The position numbers were made by a program, and so were the translations under genes. From contig CAVPNL010000006.1 of assembly GCA_963706575.1 (NCBI GenBank), forward strand, positions 128,001-192,000: 64,000 nucleotides of DNA. The letters run 5' to 3'. The notes beneath the pieces were generated by a model. The model was not told where the DNA came from. It saw nothing but the letters and a program-made list of their open reading frames with translations, and made no database searches. The stretch comes from an uncultured delta proteobacterium (GTDB lineage Bacteria > Desulfobacterota > Desulfobacteria > Desulfobacterales > JAHEIW01). Within the stretch, counting starts at the first letter, position 1. Each line of letters starts with the position of its first letter. Positions 10,309-19,754 of the stretch are shown here, piece after piece.

Positions 10309-12043
10309 GTGTACGACAAATTAAACAAATTCGAAAAAATAGTATTTGATGTGTTGGCTGTCATTCTGGTCCTTTTTTACTCCTATTCCGCTGTTTTACA
10401 ACCTGCCTCCACCCAGTATCACCGCGGGATATACGTGATCATCACCTACGTTCTGGTCTTTCTGCTGTATAAATCCAAAAGCCGCTGGCTGCGGGCAGTC
10501 GACTATCTGCTGATTTTTCTTTCCATCTTCAGCATCGGCTACTGGATCCTGAACTTCGAAGCCATCAACTACCGCACCGGTGCCGAGACGCAGTTCGATA
10601 TGTTCGTGGCGATGATCGGGGTTCTGATCGGAATCGAGCTTGCCCGACGGGTGGTGGGCTTTGTTTTTGTGATCATCGGGACGCTGATGTTGGTTTACGC
10701 GGTCTATGGTTACCTGGCCCCTGATCTTTTTGCCCATGCGGGCGACACCTTCCCGGCGGTGTGCACCAGCATCTTTTACAAAAGCGACGGCGTCTTCGGC
10801 ATTATGGCCAATGTCCTGGCCACCTATGTGATCTTATTTGTTCTTTTCGGGGCTTTTCTGGAAAAGTCCGGGGCCCAGCGCTTTTTTATTGATTTTCCCC
10901 TGGCGGCCGTCGGTCACAGAATCGGCGGGCCGGCCAAAGTTTCGGTCATCGCCAGCGGTCTGTTCGGCTCCATATCCGGAAGCGCCATCGCCAACACGGT
11001 TTCCACCGGCGCCTTCACCATTCCCATGATGAAAAAAGCCGGGTTCAGACCCCATATCGCCGGCGGCATCGAGCCGGCAGCCTCCATTTCCGGCATGTTC
11101 ATGCCCCCCATCATGGGAGCGGGCGGCTTTATCATGGCCGAGCTCACCGGGGTTCCGTATTCCAAAATTATGCTGGTGGCCATATTCCCGGCGATTATGT
11201 ATGTCTTCAGCGTGTTTATCATGGTGCACTACGAAGCCAAGAAGTATAATATCAAGGGCGAAAAAAGCGAGCACAGCGCCATGCAAATTATGAAAACCGA
11301 GTGGTACTACATCATGCCGCTGGTTATCATCACCATTCTGATGCTTTACGGCTTCTCCCCGGGTTATTCCGCTATTCTGGGCATCGTCACCTGCCTGATC
11401 GTCAGCTGGTTTAAAAAAGATACCCGCATCACGCCCAAAAGATTTGTGGAAGCCTCCCGGGCGGGCGCTGAAAACAGCCTCAAGATCGGCGCCACCGTGG
11501 GGGTCATCGGCATTATCATCGGGGTGCTGACTTACAGTGGACTGGTGCTCACCTTTGCCGATATTGTGATCGAACTGGCCGGTGGTTCCCTGGTTTTAAC
11601 GATTTTGTTTATTGCCCTGGCTTCCCTGGTACTGGGCATGGGGGTCCCGGTCACCGCCGCCTATCTGATTACCGCGGTTGTGGCCGTGCCGGCCTTAATC
11701 CACCTGGGGGTCAATGAAATCGCGGCCCATATGATCGTTTACTGGCTGTCGCAGGATTCCAATATCACACCGCCGGTGTGTATTGCGGCCTTTGCAGGCG
11801 CCACGATTGCCAAGGCCAACATGTGGAGAACGGCCTTTGCCTCTTTTAAATTTGCCAAATTTCTGTACCTGGGACCGTTTTTATTCGGTTATGTCCCGGG
11901 CTTTTCCTTAAACGGCAGCGCCTGGGATATTATTAAAGCATTTGTGCTTATCATATTGGGTACCTATGCGTATTCCTGATATTTTGAGCGGTATCTGGTT
12001 GAAGCCCTTAATAGGCATGTTGAAAAAAACACCGGCAAGCTGA
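10309..12043 (+). CDS. TRAP transporter fused 4TM/12TM permease. The annotated stop at 11979 is probably premature; a frameshift restores a C-terminus ending at 12043
   Basis: GGPAKVSV, SGSAIAN, PPIMGAGGF, LGMGVP, ITPPV motifs; the +1 frame after 11980 reads ILSGIWLKPLIGMLKKTPAS*. Confidence 0.9.
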
Positions 12044-12091
12044 TTTTCGTTTTTTTAAATTTCTTTATTTCATTTATGAAGAGGCAGAAAA

Positions 12092-12622
12092 ATGAAACTA
12101 CCCAAAGTTGATGTCAAAAAAATACTGTATGCCACCGATCTTTCTGAAAATGCACGCTTTGCGTTTGCTTACGCGGTGAGCCTGGCCGATCTTTATGGTG
12201 CAAAAATTGCCCTGCTACATGTACTACCCGAAATCTCGGAACTGATGGACCACCACGTTATCGGATATATTGACTCAGACCGATGGGAGGAAATAAAGGC
12301 AGAGCATTTTAAAGAAGCCAAAGAAGCCCTTATCGGGAAAAGAAAAAACCACCTGGCCATTAAAGATGTGCTGCATCAATTCAGTCAGAAAGTAAAGGAA
12401 GGACAGGAAGGTGAGGGCTTTATCACGGATGATATTATTGTCGAAAGAGGAAATCCGGTTGAACAGATTTTAAAGCAAGCTGAAGAACGCAGCTGCGACC
12501 TCATCGTTATGGGCACCCACGGGCATGGAACCCTGGCAGACGTCATGCTGGGCAGCACCGCCCGGCGGGTGATCCGAAGATCAAAGATACCGGTTTTGGT
12601 GGTCAGACTGCCAGAAGAATAA
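12092..12622 (+). CDS. Universal stress protein (TRAP-associated, TeaD-like)
   Basis: KKILYATDLS, DLIVMGTHG, LGSTARRV, PVLVV. Confidence 0.93.
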   Translation: MKLPKVDVKKILYATDLSENARFAFAYAVSLADLYGAKIALLHVLPEISELMDHHVIGYIDSDRWEEIKAEHFKEAKEALIGKRKNHLAIKDVLHQFSQKVKEGQEGEGFITDDIIVERGNPVEQILKQAEERSCDLIVMGTHGHGTLADVMLGSTARRVIRRSKIPVLVVRLPEE

Positions 12623-12725
12623 AACCGGCTTTTAGGGCATCATCATGGATAATTGCCCGAAGCTGTGTTGTGAACGGCGCGGCTGAACAATACCGCCTTG
12701 AGCTCACTGTCGAAAGGAATCGAGT

Positions 12726-12787
12726 AGCAGGCCGATTCAAAATGTTCACATACGCTCTTGTATAATCCGCTTTTGAATCGGTCTGCT
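12726..12787. repeat. Core hairpin of an ERIC-like repeat family (third, divergent copy)
   Basis: 17-bp stem agcaggccgattcaaaa / ttttgaatcggtctgct enclosing tgttcacatac...gtataatccgc, similar to the cores at 30811 and 47652. Confidence 0.6.
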
Positions 12788-12976
12788 TCTTGCCTTCGAG
12801 CGGTTTGTGATTGGAGCCGAAATCCCGCCCGCGGCATTCCGCCTATACGAAATAATTTAGCGGCATATTCAGAAATAGTCCAATTGGCAGCTTTTTTTGT
12901 TTACTAAATACGAGTATTCGACAAATCGTTTCATAACGGTTTTGATTTTTTGAAATAACTGCTGTGATCATTCAAC

Positions 12977-13006
12977 TTGACAATTTTCGACGGCTATCGA
13001 TATAAA
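12977..13006 (+). promoter_or_regulatory. Putative sigma70 promoter for the left arm of the polyP locus
   Basis: TTGACA-18 nt-TATAAA. Confidence 0.45.
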
Positions 13007-13288
13007 AGATTGTTCGATTCGTAAACACGTTTCCTCCCGAGGCGCTTATGGCCAATCAAAATCAGACCAAAAGCCTTATCCAGCGTTTAACAGCGGAGGA
13101 ATATGTCCGGCGACTTATTCTGCTCCCATTTCAGCCCATCATCTCCCACATCGACGATATTTTTAAAACCAGATGCCGAAAAAGTTTTCATCAATTTTGT
13201 GATTCGAACCGGGACGGTCGCCGATCGGCGCTTGCGGTCGTGAAAGACGGTCGGGTTGATCGGATTACCGATACAAAAGGAGAATATT

Positions 13289-13864
13289 ATGAAAAAGGAT
13301 GATCTTACGCAGGTGAAACACATCGGTGCTTTACGAATGAAAATGCTCAACGATGCGGGGATTAAAACCATCAAACAGCTTTCTGAAATACCGTTGGAAA
13401 AGTTGATCCAGGTAGAAACCATCGGTGAACATTATGCAAAGCTGATCAAGACTGCTGTGGCGGAATCTTATGGGGAAAAACCGGTGAAATCAGCCCCAAA
13501 GGCCGTTTCCGTCAGAAAAAGGAAAACGGCGGCGGCCGATACGGTCTTAAACAACAGGATTGCGGTGCTCAAAAAACGCTTAAAACAAGCCAATGAAAAA
13601 TTAAAGCCCCTGGACAAAAAGAAGTACCTGGAATTGTATGTCGATTTTAAGAAAAGATCCAAAAGGCTTAAGGCCCATCTTGGCCGGCTAAATGAAAACC
13701 CGGGAGATCTTTCCCAAAAGGCTACAAAAAATATCATCAAAAATGCCGATGCCTTGAGTGCCACCTTGAAAAATGTGGGCAAAAAACTCAAGAAGAAAAA
13801 ATATCGACAGGTATCTCAGGAAATTCAGTCGTTTTCTAAAATGCTCAAGAAGACTCGCCCCTAA
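13289..13864 (+). CDS. Helix-hairpin-helix domain protein with lysine-rich helical C-terminus
   Basis: DDLTQVKHIG...LNDAGI...LIQVETIG tandem HhH pattern; AAGGAG RBS before ATG 13289; stop abuts the next start. Confidence 0.8.
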   Translation: MKKDDLTQVKHIGALRMKMLNDAGIKTIKQLSEIPLEKLIQVETIGEHYAKLIKTAVAESYGEKPVKSAPKAVSVRKRKTAAADTVLNNRIAVLKKRLKQANEKLKPLDKKKYLELYVDFKKRSKRLKAHLGRLNENPGDLSQKATKNIIKNADALSATLKNVGKKLKKKKYRQVSQEIQSFSKMLKKTRP

Positions 13865-14587
13865 ATGACAAAAATACTATTGCTGGGGGATATCCATGCA
13901 AATTATCCGGCTTTAGAAGCGATTATAAAGTATATTCAGCCGGATCGGTTTGATTGGATCGTTAACACCGGTGATTTTACCGTTTACAGTACTTTTCCCA
14001 ACGAAACGATTCAATGGTTTCGTGAGCGCAAAAGAACCATCTGCATATTGGGCAATACGGATCGAAAAATTTTAAGAATACTCAACGGCAAGAAACTAAA
14101 AAAACCAAAAAAAAATGAAAAGCGGGTGATGTACTTTTGGACGTCTGAACATCTACATCCTGAAAATATCACCTACCTGAAATCTTTACCCGAGCAAACG
14201 GATTTTACGGCAGGCGGTTTCCGCATCGGGATATTTCATGGGACCCTGGAAGATCCGGATGAAGAGTTGTGTCCTTCGGCCTCCGAAAGTCGTTTTCGTA
14301 AACTCGCAAAGCACTCGCGCTATCAGGTTCAGATCATGGGCCATTCCCATGTGCCCTATTATCGGATTGTCGATGGGATTCATTTCGTCAATCCCGGCAG
14401 TGTGGGGCGCATGTTTGACGGTGATCCTCGGACCTCTTTTGCGATCCTTAAGGTTGCTTCCGGGAAAATAGCCGTGGAACATTTTCGGATTCCCTATGCG
14501 GTGGAAGCGGTGATCGCGGATCTGAAAAATCAAAAACTGCCGGACATCTATGCAAAAATGTTCAGGGTTGGAAAGAAATTAAATTGA
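13865..14587 (+). CDS. Calcineurin-like metallophosphoesterase (YfcE/Metallophos_2 type)
   Basis: GDIHAN, TGD, GNTD, FHG, GHSH, NPGSVG motifs. Confidence 0.92.
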   Translation: MTKILLLGDIHANYPALEAIIKYIQPDRFDWIVNTGDFTVYSTFPNETIQWFRERKRTICILGNTDRKILRILNGKKLKKPKKNEKRVMYFWTSEHLHPENITYLKSLPEQTDFTAGGFRIGIFHGTLEDPDEELCPSASESRFRKLAKHSRYQVQIMGHSHVPYYRIVDGIHFVNPGSVGRMFDGDPRTSFAILKVASGKIAVEHFRIPYAVEAVIADLKNQKLPDIYAKMFRVGKKLN

Positions 14588-14648
14588 TCCCGGCCAAACT
14601 CGACGCTTTTCAAGAAAAGGTTCTCCACGAGAAAGATGCCGTATTGTT

Positions 14649-15698
14649 ATGAAAACGATAGAAGCAAAAGAAAATAGACAAAAAGATTCGAAAGAAAAGG
14701 TACCGGGTTCGACGGCACAGATCAGAGATGCTTTGAAGAAAGCCGAATCGGAAGTCACACGTGTCGCTCCGGAAAAACGATTACGCAAGATCGTAAAGGT
14801 TCTCAAGAAAAAGGATAAAAATGAAATTATCCAGGCGGTTTTGGAGAAATTTTATAATGCCGAGGAGTTAAAACCTTACCAGGCGGAGCTTATCAAAATG
14901 CAGCACCATCTGGAACGGACCGGAAAAAAAATGGTGATCCTTTTCGATGGCCGGGATGCCTCCGGCAAGGGTGGGACCATCCGCCGAGTAACGCGCTATA
15001 TGAATGAAAAACGATATCATGTGGTGGCACTGGGCAAACCCAATGAAAACCAGAAGACAGAACTACATATCAAACGTTATATCGAACATTTTCCTTATGC
15101 CGGAGAAATTGTTTTGTTTGACAGAAGTTGGTACAATCGAGCCCTGGTTGAGCCGGTGATGGGATTTTGCACACAGAAGCAATATAACCGCTTTATGAAA
15201 AAAGTGAATACCTACGAGCAAAATTTCCTCGAAGATGACGGCAGGACCATCCTGCTCAAACTCTATTTTTCGGTAAGCAAAGAAGAACAGGCACGGCGCT
15301 TTGATAGAAGAAAGAACGATCCCTTAAGGCAATGGAAACTTTCGGAAGTGGATTTGCAGGCCCAGGACTTGTGGGACGAATTTACCAAAAAAAAATTCAT
15401 GCTGTTAAAAAAGACGCATACCAAAAAATCGCCATGGTACGTCATCCGATCCGACGATAAGCATCTGGCCCGACGGGAAACCATGAAAGTCATCCTTAAT
15501 AGGGTGCCTTATAGAGGAAGAAGCCGCAAATTGGATTTTACCCTGGATCCCAATATTGTTATCCCGGGCGATCGGGAATTAAAGATAATGAAAAAACAGA
15601 CTGAAAAAATATGGCAAGTCCCTGGTGTGATTGCTGAGATTTTTTGGTCCGGGAAAAATATTCCAGATTTCATAGATTGTGTTTTCTTCGTTAATTGA
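14649..15698 (+). CDS. ppk2: Polyphosphate kinase 2 (copy A). The true end is probably 15630 after correcting a +1 base near 15600
   Basis: DGRDASGKGG Walker A, LFDRSWYNRA, DPLRQWKLS lid, PWYVIRSDDK. Confidence 0.93.
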   Translation: MKTIEAKENRQKDSKEKVPGSTAQIRDALKKAESEVTRVAPEKRLRKIVKVLKKKDKNEIIQAVLEKFYNAEELKPYQAELIKMQHHLERTGKKMVILFDGRDASGKGGTIRRVTRYMNEKRYHVVALGKPNENQKTELHIKRYIEHFPYAGEIVLFDRSWYNRALVEPVMGFCTQKQYNRFMKKVNTYEQNFLEDDGRTILLKLYFSVSKEEQARRFDRRKNDPLRQWKLSEVDLQAQDLWDEFTKKKFMLLKKTHTKKSPWYVIRSDDKHLARRETMKVILNRVPYRGRSRKLDFTLDPNIVIPGDRELKIMKKQTEKIWQVPGVIAEIFWSGKNIPDFIDCVFFVN

Positions 15699-15716
15699 TA
15701 AACCGGAGGGGGAAAA

Positions 15717-16722
15717 ATGGCGAAAAAAAAACCGCAGAATAAAAAAAGTAAGAAGAAATCCAAGGCCTTAGCAGTGAAAGAAATTGAACCAATTGCGGTC
15801 AAAGATGAAAAAGCAGAAAAAAAAGAAAAGAAGTCACCGAAAAAAGGCAAAAAACTGAAGCGAAAGTTATCCGAACACACCAGTCTTAAAAAATTTAGAT
15901 AAGAAAAAAACAAAAAAACGCCAGGCCGTTTGGGTAAAAAAATTCACCCTCGCATACGAACAGGAGTTGCATAAGCTGCAAATAGAGCTTTTGAAATGGC
16001 AAAAACATGTCATTGCCAACGAACAGCGTGTATTGATGTTATTTGAAGGCAGGGATGCCGCCGGCAAGGGCGGGACGATAAAAAGGATTATTGAACATTT
16101 GAACCCAAGGGGTGCCCGGGTTGTGGCGCTTCTAAGACCCAGCGACAGGGAACGGACGCAGTGGTATTTTCAAAGATATATTCAACACCTCCCGTCTGGA
16201 GGGGAGATCGTACTCTTTGACCGTAGCTGGTACAATCGTGCCATGGTTGAACCGACGATGGGTTTCTGCACCGATGAGGAGAATAAACGCTTCTTAAAAG
16301 ACACACCGATGCTTGAGTCCATGCTGGTCAAGAACGGAATTATTTTGTTTAAGTTCTTTTTCTCTGTTTCAAAAGAGGAACAGCTGCGCCGGTTTGATTC
16401 CAGAGAGACGGATCCTTTGAAACAATATAAAATCTCCCCGGTTGATCGAGAGGCTCAAGAAAGGTGGGATGATTATACGGTAAGAAAATTCCAGATGCTC
16501 AATGAAACGAACCGAACCATTTCTCCATGGATAATTATCCGTTCCGACAACAAGAAAAAGGCCAGACTCAACTGCATCAAACATATTCTGTCCCGAGTCG
16601 AGTATAAAGGTAAAATTCCCGTGGAGGAAATCGAGATCGATCCTGAGGTCGTGGTATCGGGCATTGATGAAATCAGATTTATGGAAGATCATTTAATGAC
16701 GGGCGTGGAATTACCGGGATAA
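15717..16722 (+). CDS. ppk2: Polyphosphate kinase 2 (copy B) with Lys-rich N-terminal extension; frameshift near 15888-15896 joins ORFs 15717-15902 and 15967-16722
   Basis: EGRDAAGKGG, LFDRSWYNRA, DPLKQYKISPVD; GGAGG RBS at the 15717 start; the downstream frame is open back to the A6 run. Confidence 0.9.
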
Positions 16723-16794
16723 TTCAGGTTCATCAGCACGGTTTGGATATGCCATTCAAAATTATTGACCGTGATAAGAAATAAGGAGGACGAT

Positions 16795-17088
16795 ATGCCG
16801 ATTCAAGTTATCATTAAACGCAAATGGCAGATTGATAAGCCCGAGGCACTGCTCCCGCTTCTAACTGAACTGCGTTCTCTCGCAAAAAAACAACCCGGCT
16901 ATGTTTCCGGCGAGACATTAAGAAGCCTTGATGATCCCGAAGATTACATGGTCGTAAGTAAGTGGAAGACAGTTGACGATTGGAACAAATGGTTGCAGAG
17001 TAAAAAAAGAAGGGACCTTCAGGGCCGGGTGGACTCTCTGATCGGAGAAAAAACCTTTTACGAAATTTTTGAACCCGTGAGCCACTGA
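16795..17088 (+). CDS. Antibiotic biosynthesis monooxygenase (ABM) family protein
   Basis: AKKQPGYVSGETL, VVSKW...W..W...S pattern; AAGGAGG RBS. Confidence 0.85.
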   Translation: MPIQVIIKRKWQIDKPEALLPLLTELRSLAKKQPGYVSGETLRSLDDPEDYMVVSKWKTVDDWNKWLQSKKRRDLQGRVDSLIGEKTFYEIFEPVSH

Positions 17089-17178
17089 CGGACGGTTGTC
17101 GGCATAGCACCGGCTGGGGCAAAAAGGCAATCTGAAGAATGGACGGGCGTATTATGCGGGTTAAGGAACTCTTGGATA

Positions 17179-17216
17179 AAAAAGGGCAGTCTGACGTAAG
17201 GGTCCAGATTGCCCTT
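17179..17216. terminator. Intrinsic terminator between convergent ABM and Lys-rich genes
   Basis: aaaaa-gggcagtctg...cagattgccc-tt hairpin; U-tract on the minus strand. Confidence 0.65.
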
Positions 17217-17243
17217 GAATTTCATGCTTTTTTGAAATAACCG

Positions 17244-17507
17244 CTATTTCTTTTTTTTCGTCTTTTTTCCTTTTTTCTCCGTTTTCTTTTGTTTTTTCTT
17301 TGCTTTTACTTTCTTCTCTTTCTTTTTTTTCGTCTTTTTTCCTTTTTTCTCCGTTTTCTTTTGTTTTTTCTTTGCTTTTGCTTTCTTCTCTTTCTTTTGC
17401 TTCTTTTTCGCTTTCTTTGCCTTCTTCTTTTCCTTTGCTATCTTTACTTCGGCCTCCTCAGTTTTCTTTTCTTCCTCTTTCTTTTCTGGCTCCTTTTTTT
17501 CTGCCAT
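17244..17507 (-). CDS. Histone H1-like, extremely lysine-rich protein (50 of 87 residues K)
   Basis: Strong GGAGGAGGGG RBS, downstream terminator, acidic N-terminus, two 24-aa repeats. Confidence 0.8.
   Translation of the reverse strand: MAEKKEPEKKEEEKKTEEAEVKIAKEKKKAKKAKKKQKKEKKAKAKKKQKKTEKKGKKTKKKKEKKVKAKKKQKKTEKKGKKTKKKK
17247..17390. repeat. 72-bp tandem duplication inside the Lys-rich gene
   Basis: EKK(A/V)KAKKKQKKTEKKGKKTKKKK encoded twice; DNA copies nearly identical. Confidence 0.85.
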
Positions 17508-17702
17508 AGTCCCCTCCTCCCTTTTTAATGTATTTTCATTCAGACCGACCGTTTATTGATGTTTGATCCGCCGCCGGAACGATTTATGGATATCGCTCGC
17601 GCAGCGCAGACGCTTGCGCCGCGCGTTGCTCCGACATTTTGATGATTTGATTTTAATGGGAAGCATTTTGTCATTTGACAATTTCCAACTTAAAATGGTC
17701 AA

Positions 17703-18200
17703 TCATGATTTATGCTTTTTAGGGAATTCGAAGAATTTCAATTTGCCGCAGTTCGCGTTCATATTTGCCCATGATGCAATATCTAAATTCACGCAAAATA
17801 CGCCGCAGGTTGGAATATTGCTGATCGGCTGATCAGCGATGTAATTGGCCAATCCATTTATAGCCGGGTTATGGCCGACGACCATGGCCTCATTCACGGT
17901 ATCGTCAATTTGTTTAACAACATGAATTAAGGCATTTTCACTGAATTCATAAATGGCTTCGCTGTATCGAATATTTTCAAGCGGATAATTGATCGCTGCG
18001 GTAATCATTCGGGCGGTCATGGCCGCTCTGTTTGCCGGGCTGGATATGACGAGGTCCGGTGTTACCTTTAATTTTTTAAGAAGGTTGCCCATAAAAGGAG
18101 CGTTTTTACGCCCGCGTTTGTTCAGGGGTCTTTCAAAATCGTCCAGCTTGGGATATTTCCAGCTTGATTTGGCATGTCGAACGATATAAAGGGTTTTCAT
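17703..18200 (-). CDS. sixA: SixA-type phosphohistidine phosphatase
   Basis: RHAKS, DFERPLNKRG, SSPANRA, VGHNP, PTCG. Confidence 0.9.
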   Translation of the reverse strand: MKTLYIVRHAKSSWKYPKLDDFERPLNKRGRKNAPFMGNLLKKLKVTPDLVISSPANRAAMTARMITAAINYPLENIRYSEAIYEFSENALIHVVKQIDDTVNEAMVVGHNPAINGLANYIADQPISNIPTCGVFCVNLDIASWANMNANCGKLKFFEFPKKHKS

Positions 18201-18267
18201 TCTTTTCCACCGGTGGGAGATGAACGAAAAGACACAATTTAGGGTTAATCGCTGCGCAACTAGGTTA

Positions 18268-18432
18268 CTACTTTAAGGCCGTCGGTTTATGCAACCATTT
18301 TTTTTTGTCCGCTACTCTGCCGCACTTAGTGCATACGAATTGAGGATTGCGGACGATATCACTGTATTTACCCAGTTTTTTTATGATATCTTCCGACTTC
18401 CATTTGCAGAGCGCTTTTGCTTTCTTTGCCAT
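18268..18432 (-). CDS. 54-aa basic microprotein with Cys/His motif (absent from the ORF track)
   Basis: AAGGAG RBS then MAKKAKALCKWKSEDIIKKLGKYSDIVRNPQFVCTKCGRVADKKKWLHKPTALK*. Confidence 0.8.
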   Translation of the reverse strand: MAKKAKALCKWKSEDIIKKLGKYSDIVRNPQFVCTKCGRVADKKKWLHKPTALK

Positions 18433-18720
18433 TTTGTTACTCCTTATGGATCTAATAAATTCGCTAGCGCCTCAACTGATATTGAATCGTTTTTCATTCT
18501 TGATTAATCTAATATCCAAATACAGGTTTGTAAACGACAAATTGCGCCATCTCTTTTCTTCTGTCAGCTCAAAATTTTGGGCGAATGCCCGAAACTCTTA
18601 GCGCGGAATTATCTCCTGCATACGGTCTCTTCTTTTCGACAAGCGATTGTCATCCCTGTCAAACACGATCACGAACCCAGTCATAAGGCAAAGCCTGGAG
18701 CATCAGCATAGCGTGTGTTT

Positions 18721-19464
18721 TTAGGGTACCAGATCTTTTTCCCATTTTTCCACACTCGGGGGCGTCTCGTCCTGCAGCAGAGCCACAAATGCCAGCAGTG
18801 CTTTACGTGCATCTCCGATAGGGTAATAAAAAGCATCCCAGTGCTCGCTATCTTCGCCATCATGAGTGGGAATAACATAGTCGAATTTCCAAGCCTCCCG
18901 CAGCTCGATGATGGCGCTGGCAACCCGCTGCTCGATGTTTTCCAAATCTTTTAGCGACGGATTGATTTTCTGCCTTTTGGTGCGGCGCAGCAGCTTTCTT
19001 CGCATGATATCCGGCAGCAGTTTTCCAAGATCAGTCCGCTGTTGCGGACCTTTAAAGAATACAATCTCTTCGCGGCAAAGGGGCGCGAGAAAAATTTTAA
19101 GCGTCGGAATATCCTTTAGTTCCTTCAATTCACTGAGCTTGGCGGGTATGAAGGGGTTGCCCTCAAAAAAGGCGTCTTTGTTCTGCTCAAGGATCGCTTC
19201 AATACCGGCGATCTCGATAGCCTGTAAATCCCCCCGAACATTCGCCGACGTAAAGCCAGGCTTTTGCGCAAGTTCCTCGATTTGCGCACGCGACCGGAAA
19301 TAGTAGTCCACACCTTCCTGCTCTCCGGGTCGCGGATCACGGCTGTTGTAAAGGACGATCTGCTGCAGTCTTTCCGCCAGTTCTGGATAAAATCTGCGCA
19401 GGGCGTTATAAAGTGGACCCTTGCCGACACACGAGGGCCCCGATAACATAACGAATCGGCTCAT
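18721..19464 (-). CDS. Guanylate kinase-like P-loop protein (atypical)
   Basis: LSGPSCVGKG P-loop, SRDPRPGEQEGVDYYF Gmk motif; AAGGAG RBS. Confidence 0.8.
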   Translation of the reverse strand: MSRFVMLSGPSCVGKGPLYNALRRFYPELAERLQQIVLYNSRDPRPGEQEGVDYYFRSRAQIEELAQKPGFTSANVRGDLQAIEIAGIEAILEQNKDAFFEGNPFIPAKLSELKELKDIPTLKIFLAPLCREEIVFFKGPQQRTDLGKLLPDIMRRKLLRRTKRQKINPSLKDLENIEQRVASAIIELREAWKFDYVIPTHDGEDSEHWDAFYYPIGDARKALLAFVALLQDETPPSVEKWEKDLVP

Positions 19465-19576
19465 ATGTAACTCCTTTCTCGGCTTATCTTGCTTGACTTA
19501 TGCGTCGCGTAGAGGATATTTCGCCTCACTTGTGCTTAAACCTTGATCTCGTTTCTGTTCTCACGGTCAGATAACT

Positions 19577-19751
19577 GGTTTCAGGTGTCAGACATAAATG
19601 GGTTTCAGGTTTCGGGTTTCAGGTGTCAGGGCACTGCGCGTCGCATCGAAACCTGAAATCTCTCTGGAATTGATTCAAGCCCATAGGCCTCAAGGCCAAT
19701 GGAAGGCCCTCCGGGCCAATTGCTGACACCTGAACACAGACACCTGAAACC
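19577..19751. repeat. Short-period palindrome (7-nt unit CAGGT(G/T)T) enclosing small GC hairpins
   Basis: ggtttcaggtttcgggtttcaggtgtcagg ... ctgacacctgaacacagacacctgaaacc. Confidence 0.8.
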
Positions 19752-19754
19752 CTA

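Noticed and set aside
11977..11979. TGA at the end of the TRAP permease as possible selenocysteine readthrough
   Set aside because: No redox context or clear SECIS hairpin; a +1 frameshift gives a more natural TM-plus-basic C-terminus
13048..13302. 84-aa ORF upstream of the HhH gene with a weak GAGG RBS
   Set aside because: No recognisable motif, and it overlaps the next gene's RBS and start; cannot be supported, though not excluded
17289..17528. Phe/Leu-rich plus-strand ORFs resembling membrane proteins
   Set aside because: Antisense shadows of the poly-lysine gene, which has the RBS and terminator
18472..18684. Minus-strand reading frame with one internal TAA between the gmk-like gene and the microprotein
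   Set aside because: No RBS or homology cues; probably non-coding
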